Source: Octopus sinensis
Taxonomy: Eukaryota
Length of the DNA stretch: 64,000 nucleotides
Direction: 5' to 3'
Assembly: GCF_006345805.1 (NCBI RefSeq)
Contig: NC_042998.1
Coordinates: 16,740,001 to 16,804,000 of the forward strand
Shown: positions 38,223 to 52,176 of the stretch, in pieces
Layout of the letters: each line of letters opens with the position of its first letter
How positions within the stretch are numbered: position 1 is the first letter of the stretch
Position numbers and translations under genes: made by a program
Notes under the pieces: model-generated
What the model was told of the DNA's origin: nothing
What the model saw: only the letters and a program-made list of their open reading frames with translations
The model's database searches: none

Positions 38223-38357
38223 CAGTAAGATTATATTAAATACCGTAACATGTGAGCCTAGCAGCCAAACATCTAGCATTGTGTTCTTCCTGTAACATAT
38301 GTCTGCAATAATTTTTAGAATATATTTATGAACATAAACATTTATTTTTAAAAAGGT

Positions 38358-38815
38358 TTATCTAGTTTCAGCTCACGAGCTGTGGCCATGCTGGGGCACC
38401 GCCATTTGGTGTTGCTACATGATTTTACTTCACGAATGCTTTTTAGCAATTGCTATTTGGTGCATGAGAGAGTTCGATGCAGCTGCCCTCATCTGCACTT
38501 CCTGCCGTGAAGTTGGTTCATCTGGGACACCTGACAGGAAGAGATCCAGTTTTATTTTAAAGACATCTGCATCCACCCAATGCAGGTCTCTCAGGTTCTT
38601 TGGGGGGATACTGAAGAGCTGTGGGCATCCGAAGCCCAGACTATCACAGTATTTTGTCCTACATCTTGATGCCAAATTTGGAGTCCTTGGCACTATACAG
38701 TGGCGCCCAGTTCTAGCATTTGTGTAACTCTCGATGCCAAAGTTTGGGACAAGTCCTTCTAGGATCTTCCAGATGTATATTATGGCATATCTTTCTCGCC
38801 TACGCTCCATTTATT
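38358..38815 (-). mobile_element. CR1/L2-group LINE 3' end including 3' UTR
   Basis: ORF 38430-38810: ERRRERYAIIYIWKILEGLVPNFG...GCPQLFSIPPKNLRDL..VFKIKLDLFLSGVPDEP; UTR ends ggcggtgccccagcatggccacagctcgtgagctgaaactag. Confidence 0.92.
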
Positions 38816-39426
38816 TTTATTAACAAACCATATTTCAAGTTATGTGCCCTTATATCTTCTTCTTCATTTCCATTTTATCTCCGGAAATCCTCTAGGCAGC
38901 TAATATGTTCTACAGATTTTTGGGTGAATATATATATATATATAGTCACTGCGATGGTATATTAACTTCTAAAAATGATGATTTAATTGCTGAAAAATAT
39001 CTCTTCAATTTAAATAGGTATATTATAAATATAGAGTATTATAAAGTGAAAAAATGGAGTTTCTAGAGATATAAATTAATTTATTAGCATACTGTTAATT
39101 ACACGAACTGTTTCAATTTACACACAGTAAAAATTACCAACATATAGAATATAGAATTTTTCTTACTAATGCCATGTTAGTTTAAAGGAATTTTTAATTT
39201 TTAATTTTCCATTTTTTTTTGTAATTTGGTGTTGCTTGCAATTGCCACCTAGCTAGTTTTCTACATTTATTGAAAACGAATATATATTTCAATACACCAA
39301 TAATCCGTCTTGCAAAGTAGTATAAATTCACTTAACCGTGTTGATCCAAATAACGTCTAGTGACCACTTTAAGTCTTTTGTTCTCTCATGTGAGTTTCTT
39401 TTCCTATACAGGCATGCATACAAACA

Positions 39427-39487
<61 letters not shown>

Positions 39488-40092
39488 ATAACATAGATAA
39501 ATAGATAGATAGATCCCTGATTCTTTCTTTCTATGTATTATGTACATATTATGTATGTAGTTTATCTGGAGGAAGTAGTAGCAATAACAATATAAGTGCC
39601 TATTTGAATGTCAGATTGTTCAGGGTGTTTATATTATGCTAAGGATTGGGTATGTATCTTGCTGTAAGGAAATAATGAAAACTGTTTAATGAGTGGTGCT
39701 GTTCATAATGAAGCATAAACAGGAATAAGAAAATGTGCAATCCGAGAGTATATATACAAGCTGAAACCCGGTAATAACGTATGAAAACATCGTAGTCCAA
39801 AGATGGCGATAATTTTGAGATTTACTGTAGTGGTGTGCTTCATTGTATTTTCCTGCTTCAGATATGCACACCAAGATCGATAAGTTATTGTTCGAAGTTA
39901 TAAACGAATATAGAATCTACTTACTAAATTATACTAGACTTTGTTGGGAGAATTAGATTTCTTGTAAGGAATTTATATGTAACGTATTGTATTATTGTTT
40001 GCGCTGTGAAACTTTATTATAGACGTAAAATTCATATGTAACTTCATTGACAAATGAAGTTATGTGAGTATTTATATAACAATGTGTGTGTA

Positions 40093-40130
<38 letters not shown>

Positions 40131-43100
40131 TTATGCATTATACCGAGCGTAACATATATATATATATATATATATATACATTAAGTATTCTGTCCTCAAA
40201 TAGCCTCTCTTTTAAGGTTTCGGCTAATGATTGAATGTTAATATTTATTATTTTGGATATATTTTCAATTCAAAATGGCATCTCTTGGTTTTCACAATAG
40301 CCCTCAATATTTTCGCCGCTATTTTATCACCTAACAATTATTTCTACCACCCATTTCCAACGCTACAATTTGTTTACTTTATTTTCAGCTGCCATATTTA
40401 ATTTAGACTAAACAATAAAACAAAAGAGCGTTGCAAAACATTATACTTTTTCAACTATTTCAGTGAATAAGAATGTTTCAATTTAGAGTAAAGTATTAAC
40501 TTAAACACTGTGTGCATATATACTGCTCCCGGTATGTATGTAAATGTGTCATATTGTACGGGTAGTCTAAACAATTTTCGATTCGGTGTTACTTCTACAC
40601 TTTAGATATTCATGAACTTTATTTGGTGATAGTTTCTGTAAGAATGTAAGACTCGAATAGTCTCATAGAAGGATTTAAGAGAGGGATATGATGATAACTT
40701 TGCAGGTGCCTCAAAGCGAAAATGTAGTCCAACATCGCAGGATCAAAGACATAGGTTGATGGGAAAATTATATAGAAATAAAAGTTTATATAAAAATGTT
40801 AACGTACACAAGATACACAAACTCGGTACTGCTAGTCATTCCTCTCGTCACAGTTTAACCTCTCAAACTATCATCCTTATCTTATCTTAGACGCTGAATT
40901 CTCAAACCCTATTGTATAATTCATTTCCACAGCCCCCCACACACATTGCTCGAATTTAAATTCGGATAATTCGGAACTCCTGGAAAATGTCTATCTCTAT
41001 ATAATCAGAACAGCGGGACTCGGGTAACGGAGGCACATCGACGTATGGAAAACTATCTATTCGCGAATGGCAAAAAAATCCCTTCTCCAATCGCAAAAGC
41101 TTACGAAGACAATCTGATGACGATATACTTTAAAATTACTTCATTCATCTTCTAATAAACTGTCACATTGCCTTTCTTGTATCTGTAGCTAATTTGCAAA
41201 TCCTGACAAATAATGCTGCAGTGAGTCGTGCGTACTTTAACAGTTACTTAAAACCTCCACTTACAACAAAACGCATATAGTGAACCACACGTAAGAGAAT
41301 AAACAAATACACTCGTCTGTTCATGAGGCTGTGTAAATTTTCCAAAAGCAACTGGATAAACGAATAGAAGGAGGTAATTTATAGGTATATAATTTTCAGG
41401 ATTTTATTACAATATTAGCGATATAACCTTGAACAATTTTAATGCAATGCAAATAACAGTAATGCACTCACAGTAATGATTAAGGCGGTAAAATAAATCA
41501 TGCTTTATTTTATTGGCGAAAATGAAGAGAAAATACGGATGTTATGATACCAATATTAAAATGCTATAATAAATCAGCGGATTTATCGGTTCGAAGTAGT
41601 AATATATTGAGATATGATGCAGTAGTGTTAGAAAGTAATTTTAAACTATATTAGCAAATATGATCAGCAAAATAATCATAGATGATAAAAAATGATTATC
41701 AAAATATCAATATTAATGACGTGTGTTTTTGATTAGCATACACAAACGGTGTTTTAGATGAGTGAAGGTTATAAATGGATTGAGAATATATAATAACAAT
41801 ATTTTTCGTATAAATGTAGAAGAAAAATGAATATGTCAGTATAAGGAGACAAAGGAAGATAGAAATAGCTGTATCTGTAATGTAAATGATACAATTTTAT
41901 AATAATATTAGTGTGTGCTATATTTTATTTTACAGTATAATGAGGCCGTAAAAAGTAATGATGGTTACAGAAAGGTAGAGTGGTAAATACTAAATCATAA
42001 AGTCAAACAATAAACGTTAGTAATAAACAAGAAAAAAGTTAACAATTGTTGATACCTGGTGTTGATTGCATCGAAAAAGCGTTGGCAGATGGCAGGCAAG
42101 TATAAAATAAAGGTATATGATACAAGATGAATAATAGGGAAACGTAAAACACCAATAAAATTATCGTCAATAGTGCAACATGCAAATAATAACGAAAGGT
42201 TTATCTCAAAATGGCGTAAAAATGGTTGGGTGATTGCATATAAAACGAAGTAATACGAATGCATCATGTATCAGTTATATGGGTGGAGTGAGAACTTTGG
42301 GCTTTTTTCTTAGAGTGTGCGTATGGCAGTGTTTGTCATTATAAATGCAACGGACCTTGCAAATATTCTACATTTGCATCGATGAATTCATCCGAATATT
42401 TACGAATGCATGCATACGAATGCACGGATTACTTATTCAAGCATGCACATTATTACTTGTTCAAGGATGCAAATCTGCTACACGTTCGATAAGATGTTAG
42501 TATTTGTTTGACAATTGAGGTTGGTGGGTGAAATTGTTGCCTAAGTAATGTGGAGGCTACAAGATATCCAATTGCAATATTTGTGTATGGATAAATGCAA
42601 AGAGCGACCAATGCATTCATCAGTAAAGAGGTCAGGTTTTATACAGTAGGAGGTTATCCTACTTTGAATGTGTATCCTTATATACTTACCCTCAATATAC
42701 AAGTTGTACCATTCCGTGTTCTATAATTGCTATGTTTTGCCATTTGGGGACTGAACTTTTGGTTAAATCTCAATACATAGTTTAAGATTATGATCGATTG
42801 TAAGATCACAGGTGTGGTTTGAGTTTAGGTGCCGTTACTTCAAGCGGAAACAGGCATCAAATGACATTTGGTCGTACATAAGTGTATATTAGGCTGCCGG
42901 TATAGGATTTCATGATTTTATTAATGAGCACGTTGAACAAGCAATACATATCCAGTTTGACTATAAGCGTTGAACAAACTGCTCGCAATTACGTACATAC
43001 ATATATACACAGGTGAAGTATAACTCTTTTATAATTGACAAAGAACTTCAAATACAGCCTGAAAGGAAGGACTCAATGCAGCATATTGCACAAATACTTG

Positions 43101-43204
43101 TTTACTTCAAATTTGGATGTATCTCACCAATTACACTAGGAGGAAATTTCGTCGACCAGAAGATATACAGTGAGAAAGGTATTAAGAGTGCCATATAATT
43201 TTCA

Positions 43205-43222
43205 ATGGTTGTGGTAGTAGTG

Positions 43223-43286
<64 letters not shown>

Positions 43287-43342
43287 CTATGGTGATGCTG
43301 GTGGTAGTATTGGTGGTGGGGATGGAGATGGTGGCGGTAGTG

Positions 43343-43400
<58 letters not shown>

Positions 43401-43409
43401 CAGCAGTAA

Positions 43410-43454
<45 letters not shown>

Positions 43455-43455
43455 A
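43205..43455. repeat. (GTA)n/(GCA)n/(GTG)n trinucleotide array
   Basis: Directly visible; explains the poly-T and poly-V ORFs. Confidence 0.95.
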
Positions 43456-44025
43456 GGGTGGTGTCATTTGATAAGCTATGATGTCTTGCTTTCAGTTACG
43501 AATGTAAACATTAAAGAAGTCAAGCAGTGCAGGACGCTATCGTAATTAGACCAAACATAGATAAAGGGAAATATAGACAAGGGGAATTAGTCGATTACTT
43601 AATCTTAATGCTACTGTTTAGGCTACAATAGTTAATGGCAGTAGTGTTGTCGTAATGTCCTTCGTGTGTCAAGCAGAATAATCATCTGAACTTTATACGA
43701 TTCAATGTTTTTCTTGTGACATATTTGTATCTGTAAGTACATCCTTCTATTTAATGGTTGAAATTTAGTAAATCCATAGCGGCGTTATGGAATATTATTG
43801 GCTTTGACATATCGTGGTGAAATTAAATTTTATATGTCTTGCTACTTTAGTATAAGTGTATAAGTGGATGCGTAGGCTAATAAACTCCTGATTACATTTG
43901 AAGTCAGGCAAGTAATTAATAATGAAACATTACGGTGACTGGTTTGCTATAAGACATCACAAACACTCTTGTAAATATTAAGTGCATAAAATTCTATAGA
44001 TGCATATATATATATATATATATAT

Positions 44026-44066
<41 letters not shown>

Positions 44067-44912
44067 AAACAGAGTAAACAAGAGAGACAGAGAGAGACAG
44101 AAACAAGGAAAATACCACTTATATTTGAACACTATACAAATATTCTTTTAAAAAAACGATGCTAATATCGTGGTGTAGAACTCAGTATACATATGCTTCA
44201 GAACGAAGCTTGCATTGTGTACAGGGCGGCAATATGAAACGGAGTTGATATTTGGAATACAAGGTTATGTTATAAAATACGTTAACTTAGATCTGCCATA
44301 GGCGTAAATGTATGTCCATTGTATCACATACAAGAAACAGAAGTAAACAAATGAAATACAAACGGTAATAGTTTATTCCTTTGTTATTTCATTTTCTTAT
44401 GTATACACATTATTTAAATAGCAGAAACTAATAGTTTCATGTCAATTACACATAATAATTCGACAGATTTATAACCTGCGAAGTGTTCTTTTGTGTTTTC
44501 AAATAGGACAAAACCATGTGCATTGTGTACATACTGTGTATATCAAATGACATTTATCTCTCGATTTTGCTAGACAGCATGATTTTTTCGGTGGTTCTTA
44601 TAATTGAACAATAAACTAACGTATACATAAACATATTCTGTAGGTATCATTTAGAGGAGTTTAGTACCGCCAAGGGATAATTAAATCCAAATAGCTCCTG
44701 GTTATTACCTGGGTAGGTACAGTATTTTAAATTTGTAAGGTAGCACGTGGTTCGGTTGGTAGACCACAGTTTAGGTTATAATGGATATAATAACAATAGG
44801 GTGATTCGTCGTTTTCGCTGGTATGCCTTTAATTTAATTACATAACAAAGAAGGAGGACGCAATGACCTATGTATATGTATGCGTATGCATGTATGTATG
44901 TATATATATATA

Positions 44913-44984
<72 letters not shown>

Positions 44985-45107
44985 TATATATTTGTGTAAA
45001 TATATATTTATATATACATATATATTTGTGTATATATATATATTTATATATATAAAGGTTTATATATATATATATATATATAGATAGATATATATATATA
45101 TATATAT

Positions 45108-45290
45108 TGGGAGAATTCACAAGTAATCTAAAGACGAAGACAGGTGGTGTAGACAACAGATGCATTATTATAACGCTCTAGAAGAGAAAAAGTGTTTAGC
45201 ATTTCGAGCCTACGCTCAGCCACAGAAAGGAACACAGAAAGAAACAAGGAGAGAAAATAAAGAATGTGTAGCGGCTAGCGATCTATCATA
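45108..45290 (-). mobile_element. Probable PLE-associated repeat next to (TA)n, with a decayed hammerhead-like motif (45195-45228)
   Basis: Minus strand TTT-CTGTGGC-T-GAGC GTAG GCTC-GAAA-TGCT-AAA: stem II and GAAA kept, CUGANGA core mutated. Architecture resembles 3115-3290 (gacg..gaag/gaac..tagt.tta...aacgctc/gacgctc). Confidence 0.35.
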
Positions 45291-46452
45291 GTGGTGTGTG
45301 CGTACGCTCAATTCGACGTAAATTCCGCAATGATTACCACACGCTCATTTTAGTGCACCTTCAAAATAAGTAAATAAATGAAGTTGATAACAAATATAAT
45401 TTAATACGTCTGTCACTTGTAAATCATACTAAGATTTAGTGACTATGTAGTCAAAACACCATAACTAGATTCCCTGAAATTGCTCTTAATTAAATTGTTC
45501 ATGAGATTGCAGACTATAATTATTTTCAAGGCAATTACGGAGCATTGCTTCCACTGGAACCTAAAGTTTGGATATTAATGCGTATACATTAATTAACCGC
45601 AGAGTTTTTAATTATATTAAACAATGTGTAATTAAGCATCAAAACAAATATGTAATGATGTCCATTCCAATTCAACTAATTAGAAAATAATCTCCTTCAA
45701 TATGAAATAGTATTGATTTAAGTGTAAATTAATGCACACATATTCAAGTGTATTCGATAATACATATACACGTCAAGCCTATATGCGTGTGCATGTGTTT
45801 ATATGGGTTTGTGGGTGTGTAGTATATATATATATATATATATACGTGTGTGTATCTCTTGTGTGTGTTTGTGTGTGTACTACCTGTAATTAACAAATAG
45901 TTATTTAATCTTGTGTTTTGCTCACTGCACTTTTAGCTACGCATGCAGTTTTGTTTTCAAACGACGTTACTTTTAAATTATAAGTTATAAATGATAATAG
46001 CATTGGTATATAATAGACCATATTCAAATTCTATTTTACCGAAGTAAATATTGAAACGCTAATTCTGCGAATGTTTTAAATAAGTGTCTTGTTTGTATTG
46101 ATCTTACCGATTTGCAATACTGAGGATAACGTGAAATGCAGGTTTCTTAAATTAACATCAAAATAAAAGGGAAAGAAAGATCCATTCTCTTACCTTTTTC
46201 AGATACTGCAGCAAGCAATAGAATTAAAAATGCGGCCTTCGGGCTAAAACATTTTTTAAGGATTTAAGGAATAATGGGGAGCTCAGCACAAATACATGTT
46301 CGTTTCGTTATACCCACTTTTGTCTGGGAAAAATGATGTAGATGAGCCTGTGAGCAGACTATAGCATATGTAAAATAGGAGGTACCTCTACAAAGCTTTA
46401 GGATTACGTTTTGAAGATAATAGTTCAAGGCCAATATAAAATTTGTAAGTTC

Positions 46453-46710
46453 TCAATTCTGTAGATCCCAATCTCTCATACTTTCAATATACACTTGACG
46501 TTGGTCTTGGCTCATTTGTTCTATTCTTTGCTGATTCCTTTCCCTCCTATGTCGTAGGATACGCTCCTTCATTTCTTGGCTTATGTCGTTTCTTCTCTGC
46601 CTTATCTCCACGCGATTTTGATTCCTTATTTCATTCCGCTGTTCCTCGCACAACCGTTCTCTCCTGCTACGCTGATGCTCTCGTGCTGCGTCCCCCATGC
46701 GATTTTCCAT
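46453..46710 (-). CDS. 85-aa Arg/Glu/Gln-rich ORF with three 23-aa repeats (STPR-like; probably a Helitron N-terminal remnant)
   Basis: RERLCEEQRNEIRNQNRVEIRQR / RNDISQEMKERILRHRRERNQQR / IEQMSQDQRQVYIESMRDWDLQN; not microsatellite-derived. Confidence 0.5.
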   Translation of the reverse strand: MENRMGDAAREHQRSRRERLCEEQRNEIRNQNRVEIRQRRNDISQEMKERILRHRRERNQQRIEQMSQDQRQVYIESMRDWDLQN

Positions 46711-46904
46711 ATTTTAAAACTTCTTATTAAAACAATAAATCTCCAAAATGCTTCAGAGTGCTTCAAATGAAAAAAAAAACATATAACAATTGTATTAGAC
46801 AGTTTTTGTCTTTGTTTGAAAGGTGAAAATATTTCTGAAATACTCACCTAACACAGAAGGATATAACATACGGTAATTGATTATATTGTAGGAGAGTAAA
46901 AAGT

Positions 46905-47124
46905 AAAGGGTGAAAATGGAATTAGTATTTTTAGATTTTGTTCGGCTCTATGAATTTTATTTTTTTTAAATACTTTCGAAAATTGCTCGATACAATAAAA
47001 AGGAAATTGGGAAAATCCTGATCGAACAGAAATTCTAACTTTACAAAAAGTATAGTAACATTTGGGTCAATTTCCACCACGCGATATTTATTATCGTACA
47101 TACACAGATACACACACACATACA

Positions 47125-47174
<50 letters not shown>

Positions 47175-47445
47175 GTGTGTGTGTGTCTTAGTTTTTGTTT
47201 ACTTGTACACGTCAACAAATGAGCCAATTGAACAACTCTGTGTGACTGATCAATTTGCTAGAAGTAAAATCTCTCTCTTACTATGCTTCCGTTAGTAATA
47301 AGGAAAGGGGAAAAATAGAATTAGTATTTTTCATTTTGTTCGGTTCTATGAATTTAATTTTATCTTTAAATACATTCATTTTTTTACTTGATAAAAAGAA
47401 AAAAGAAAAAGGCTGACTAAAACAGAGAAATTCTAACTTTAAAAG
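46905..47445 (+). repeat. Diverged ~140-bp direct duplication (46905-47045 and 47305-47445)
   Basis: gaattagtattttt..attttgttcgg.tctatgaattt.atttt...taaatac...cagaaattctaacttta occurs twice. Confidence 0.75.
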
Positions 47446-47625
47446 AAAATCTAGAAAGAGAAAGAAAAGGATGTATTCGAAAGCCAAAAGATGATTTTTA
47501 GCTCAGGTGTAACTATATAATTAAGACAAATTCAAAATTTAAATCTCGGAATATGTTATCTGGTCTATGGCCGAATTCAAATGGGTAGAATACTTAAAAT
47601 AAATGTGTGTGCGTGTGTGTGCGTA

Positions 47626-47657
<32 letters not shown>

Positions 47658-47773
47658 TGTGTATGTGTGTGTGTAGTTGTGCCTTTAAGAGTCAGGGGTC
47701 AATTTTAGTTCAGTCGTACAAACGAATTCAAATAACCAGCCACTCCCATAAAGACAGTTTCATGCTGTCATCT

Positions 47774-47826
<53 letters not shown>

Positions 47827-47934
47827 ACTTTCTCTCTGATACAAAAAAGAACATATAGCTGGACGCGTGAAAATTCACGGAAAATATAAAAAAATGTAAG
47901 CATTTGTAAATGTTTCTATATTATGGCAGCCAAG

Positions 47935-47981
47935 GGCGGCGAGCTGGCAGAATCGTTAGCACGCCGGGCGAAATTCATCAC
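47935..47981 (+). mobile_element. SINE family A 5' head fragment
   Basis: ggcggcgagctggcagaatcgttagcacgccgggcgaaat is identical to the head at 19310-19350. Confidence 0.9.
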
Positions 47982-48129
47982 TCACTGCATTCTATTCGTT
48001 GGTATTCATATATATGTGTATGTTTGTCAGTATGCATGTATTTAAATGTACACATGTGTGTGAGAGAGAGAGATAGAGTTGTGTTAAAGCCTTTGGATTG
48101 GTGTGCTGTGTATTCGGCCCACAAAGGTA

Positions 48130-48380
48130 AGGACGTCAGTTGGATAGTGTCCTTGAGCAAGAGGTTGCATTTCACGTTGCTCCTTCTACCAAGCTGGCAA
48201 AACTAAGTTCTACTCGTATTTCTAAAGAGCTAGACTTGTCACAATGTGTATAACGATGAATCTCCTTGAGAGCTACTTTAAGACTACGCGTGCCTGTGGT
48301 GTGCTCAGCCACGTACACGTTAATTTCAGAGCAGGCTGTTCCGTTAGTAGAATCAACTGGAACACTGGTCATTGTAATCT
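48130..48380 (+). mobile_element. Diverged SINE: CORE-like segment plus family-D 3' domain
   Basis: tccttgagcaagaggttgcatttcacgttgctcc (CORE-like, cf. family C), then ...gtgctcagccacgtacacgttaatttc (cf. 3560-3595). Confidence 0.7.
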
Positions 48381-48750
48381 ACAGATTATTATTACTAGGT
48401 AAGACATGATTAATTATTGTAGAATGTCTACTTGAGCTCATTCAGAAGAAGACCAAGATTTAAATAGCAGCTGTCATTTATGTCATATACTCGACAACTC
48501 CTTAGAGCACACCTTGATAGCAAAGAAGGTGTATGTTTTACAATGATGAATTGAAATGAACTAGCACTGACTAATAACAGTATTCTTCGACAGAATAATA
48601 AACAATAGTTTTCTATTAAATTTTACTGTAAACTACTATTATGTCACTCTTTGATATCTCACTTTTCTCACTGCCATATGTCATTCAACGGAGAAGAGCT
48701 TTTGTGTGTACTTTCCGCGTGACTTCTGCAGAAACTTAATACATTTTAAT

Positions 48751-48789
<39 letters not shown>

Positions 48790-51700
48790 TCCCAGACTTG
48801 TCTAGCCTGCTTGATGATCCCCAGTACGAAGGCACCCATTAACTTTTGCCAAAGCTTGTCTCTAGGAGAATGTCATTTTTGTATCAAACCAGTTATGCAG
48901 CGAATGGCATGGAACATTTTGGAGACGTTTTACTTGGGTATGAGAGCAGGGTGCTTCCACAGTCTTACGGTTGTGACCCATTTTCGCTTTGAATATATTG
49001 CCCCGGTTTGCCTCTGATTTATATTATATCAGTAGAGTGGTGAAGGTCCGTGAGTTGCCGGTGAGGTGACCACATGATGCCGAGTTCTGAAAAGCACTTC
49101 GGCGAGCATGGATGACGCGGACGCGAACCCGGGAGAAACGAACTGATACTGCAATAACCACATGGACTCTCATTGCTGTAGTTGAGACCATGAAAATACG
49201 CAGAAATATGCCACTTTTGAAATTTTAATTGCTACTGTAAGTGTTTGATCAGCTTGTTATCTCCTGATAATTAGTATCAGTTGTATGGTTATTAAACAGC
49301 TGATCCAAGCAATGGCAAAATGTTTTTGAAACCTAACATATGTAATAAATTCATAATTAGTTCCGAGTAAAAATAATTGTGCTCACCCTTGTATCATTAA
49401 TGTCAGTAGCCTTATGTTATCTCATATCACACAATGCATTTGTTTGAGTAAAATTTTGTTTATGCTTAATAAGGGGTGGAAATCTTTTATAGCACCCCAT
49501 AGTTTATACTTTATTTAAATTTGATCATCCAAATTGATAATACGTATATTATGTTATCGGAATTTTGGAAGGCTGCTAATTTCCAGTGATTCACAATTAA
49601 TTCTACTTGCCTATTTTTTGTCTCTCTTTTGTCTATCTTTGTTTTACACGTAATATAAACAGCATATGCCCTCCAAGAATTTATCAGCCACCATATTTAT
49701 TATTCTCCTACTCAGATAATTTCCTGTATCTTATTTCACCTTTTTGCTTGCATTATGGAATTTAGTAGACATTGAAATGGCGAATACATAATTTACTATC
49801 ATTCACAATTACCTTCGGTTTTCCCTAGTTTCATTATTTGAAGAAAAAATACTTGTTTGTTAATTTCATTCCCTAGGAGGAAAAACGTGTACCGTTTGTT
49901 TGTTTCTATTTTGCGTAGGAATATGTACAATATTAATGCAATAATATGACATCATAGAAGTGAAATGACCAAGAATTAATGTTATTTCTACTTTAAGAGG
50001 AAAGGTCATGAACATATACCAGAGAACTCAGAAATATCTACAGCATGTTCAAATTAATCGAGGCTGTATCACATATAAGTACACATTTCTGCAACGTTTC
50101 ATAATGCTCTGTTATAAACGATGAAAGTCTATTCATAGCCGTATTTGGCCAAAATACAGTTTACAAGATATTTCAACCAACACATTTCTGTGTAACTTCA
50201 CATCCAGCCACTTGTAGAAAAAGCTTTCATCTCTGAATTCCGAACGGTATTATCTTTCCAAGAAACATTTTATTCTATAGAATCACAGAGAGAAAACTGT
50301 CCACTTTGATGCTTCAAATTCGAAATTGAAGCAATAACTGAGTCATTTTCTTGTCATTGCATTGAGATATCGAATATGTAGAGTTGAAATATCCATAATT
50401 GATTATACAGATAAAGAAAATCTACAACAGGTAATTATCTAACCCAAAGAAAAAGGAATAATATTCCTTGAGGTAATTCTCAACAAAAAATTCAGGAGAG
50501 ATAAATTACCTATTGACGTATGACTGGACGCTGGATACTCTCATATTGAACTGCTAAATTCATTCATTCCATTAGGACTGACAGCAGACTGACGAAAATT
50601 GGAAACTTTGTAATGCTTTTGCGCAGTTTATCGCTCAAATAGTTTTCTTTGAAAGGAAGAAAAACACATCAAAAATTGTGTTGAAACTTCGAAGCTTCGA
50701 TATAATAAGAGGAATCCTTACGGAATTAGGAATGGTGATACATCAGATAGTGAAATTGGTCAATATCTATGATACTTCATAACTATGAACAAAGCACAAA
50801 TTCAAATGTGCATTTAGAAATATCTTTTCCGCATACAATGACATACATTACGTAATTTCATATGTCGGAATGTTGCGGTTAAAAGTATGCACACTCATAT
50901 TTAAGGAAAATAACGGGGCATGATTTAGACCTGCCTGTACTACGCTTCCTACCCGAGTATTATATATTGCGAGATCATGTGATAAACAAGAGATGTTGCT
51001 AATTTTATGAATGGTTCTCAACTTGTTAGCATGCAATTTATTTCTTCTAAAGTTTGATATCATTTAATATTCATTAATTTATTAGCAAAATAAATTATAT
51101 AAATAACAATTGATTGCCAATTTCTAAATACTTAACTGATAGATACATTGAAAGTATTTAATGTCCTGCGATATTTGTATAATCATAAAGAAAAATATCC
51201 CAGATATTCATTGGTTAAAATTAAAATAAGGACATTAATAAAATAAGAAAAACATTCCGAATCGCACGCGATTTGATAAATGCAAGAATCCATCCGAAAA
51301 TTCTAAATCCGCTATCGTGTATTTGACCTTAAATCATTTAGTTGAAAAATCAGTTGAAACTATTATTTTTCAAATTGAACAAATTTTTTTACACGACCTA
51401 ACACTTAACGCATGCACATAAGTGCAATTCTGCGCTCATTTACGTAGCAGATATATGCAATTTAACTAAAACTTGTATCATATGTACGTGATTTCTTTTG
51501 TTTATGGGAGAAATGGAAATATAAGAGTGGATAATTATTTTATGAGTGCTGTGTATCACGCCTAAAAAATTATGCGTAAAGTATATAAAGCGTATATATA
51601 TAAAGTGCATTAAATAATTATCGTAGTCTAATTTCTTTCACTTTTCAGTGAGTAGCAGATGAGCGATTATCATTCCATACATATACAACACAGGCTACGC

Positions 51701-52092
51701 CTTCAGGTTTTTGGATAAAGTTTTCAGAAGTAACTCAATAGGTTTACTATTAATTCCGTGAAATATTCACCAGTCCTGCTAGTTTTTACATTTTTCATTC
51801 CTACTCACAATCTCCACACTATAAGTATTCTGTCAATTGCCATAGCCATCGATTTCATCGTCTTTCCCTTTAGTCTACTTAATATCGTCACTAGTGGTAA
51901 ACTGAAATAAATAAATTGATAAATATAGCAAATGGTAAATTATGTGCAGGGTTCAATATGTTTCTAATTGTGCTGATAAAGGCAGTCTACGATTTGAAGT
52001 ATTAAATTACAACTAAAATAGCAATTCTCCAAGAAACTCAGTTATCAGTACATGGTGAAACGAATCATGATTATTGTTATTTTATTTTACAG

Positions 52093-52176
52093 GTGAAAGT
52101 GTAAAATGCTCATGAAGAAGTTACAGTACACAATTTCTTCCGAACAAATTCAGATTTTTCACCTATTCATAAATGC
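52093..52176 (+). CDS. Candidate exon with start codon at 52106 (unverified)
   Basis: Strong acceptor ttattttattttacag and donor GC|gtaaga; MLMKKLQYTISSEQIQIFHLFIN, ending in phase 2. Confidence 0.25.

Noticed and set aside
43013-43178. Open 166-nt segment with AG/GT boundaries
   Set aside because: Acceptor lacks a polypyrimidine tract; no recognisable homology.
50595-50620. CTGACGA-aaattg-GAAAC-ttt-GTA
   Set aside because: No stem II and stem I is misregistered; compatible with chance.
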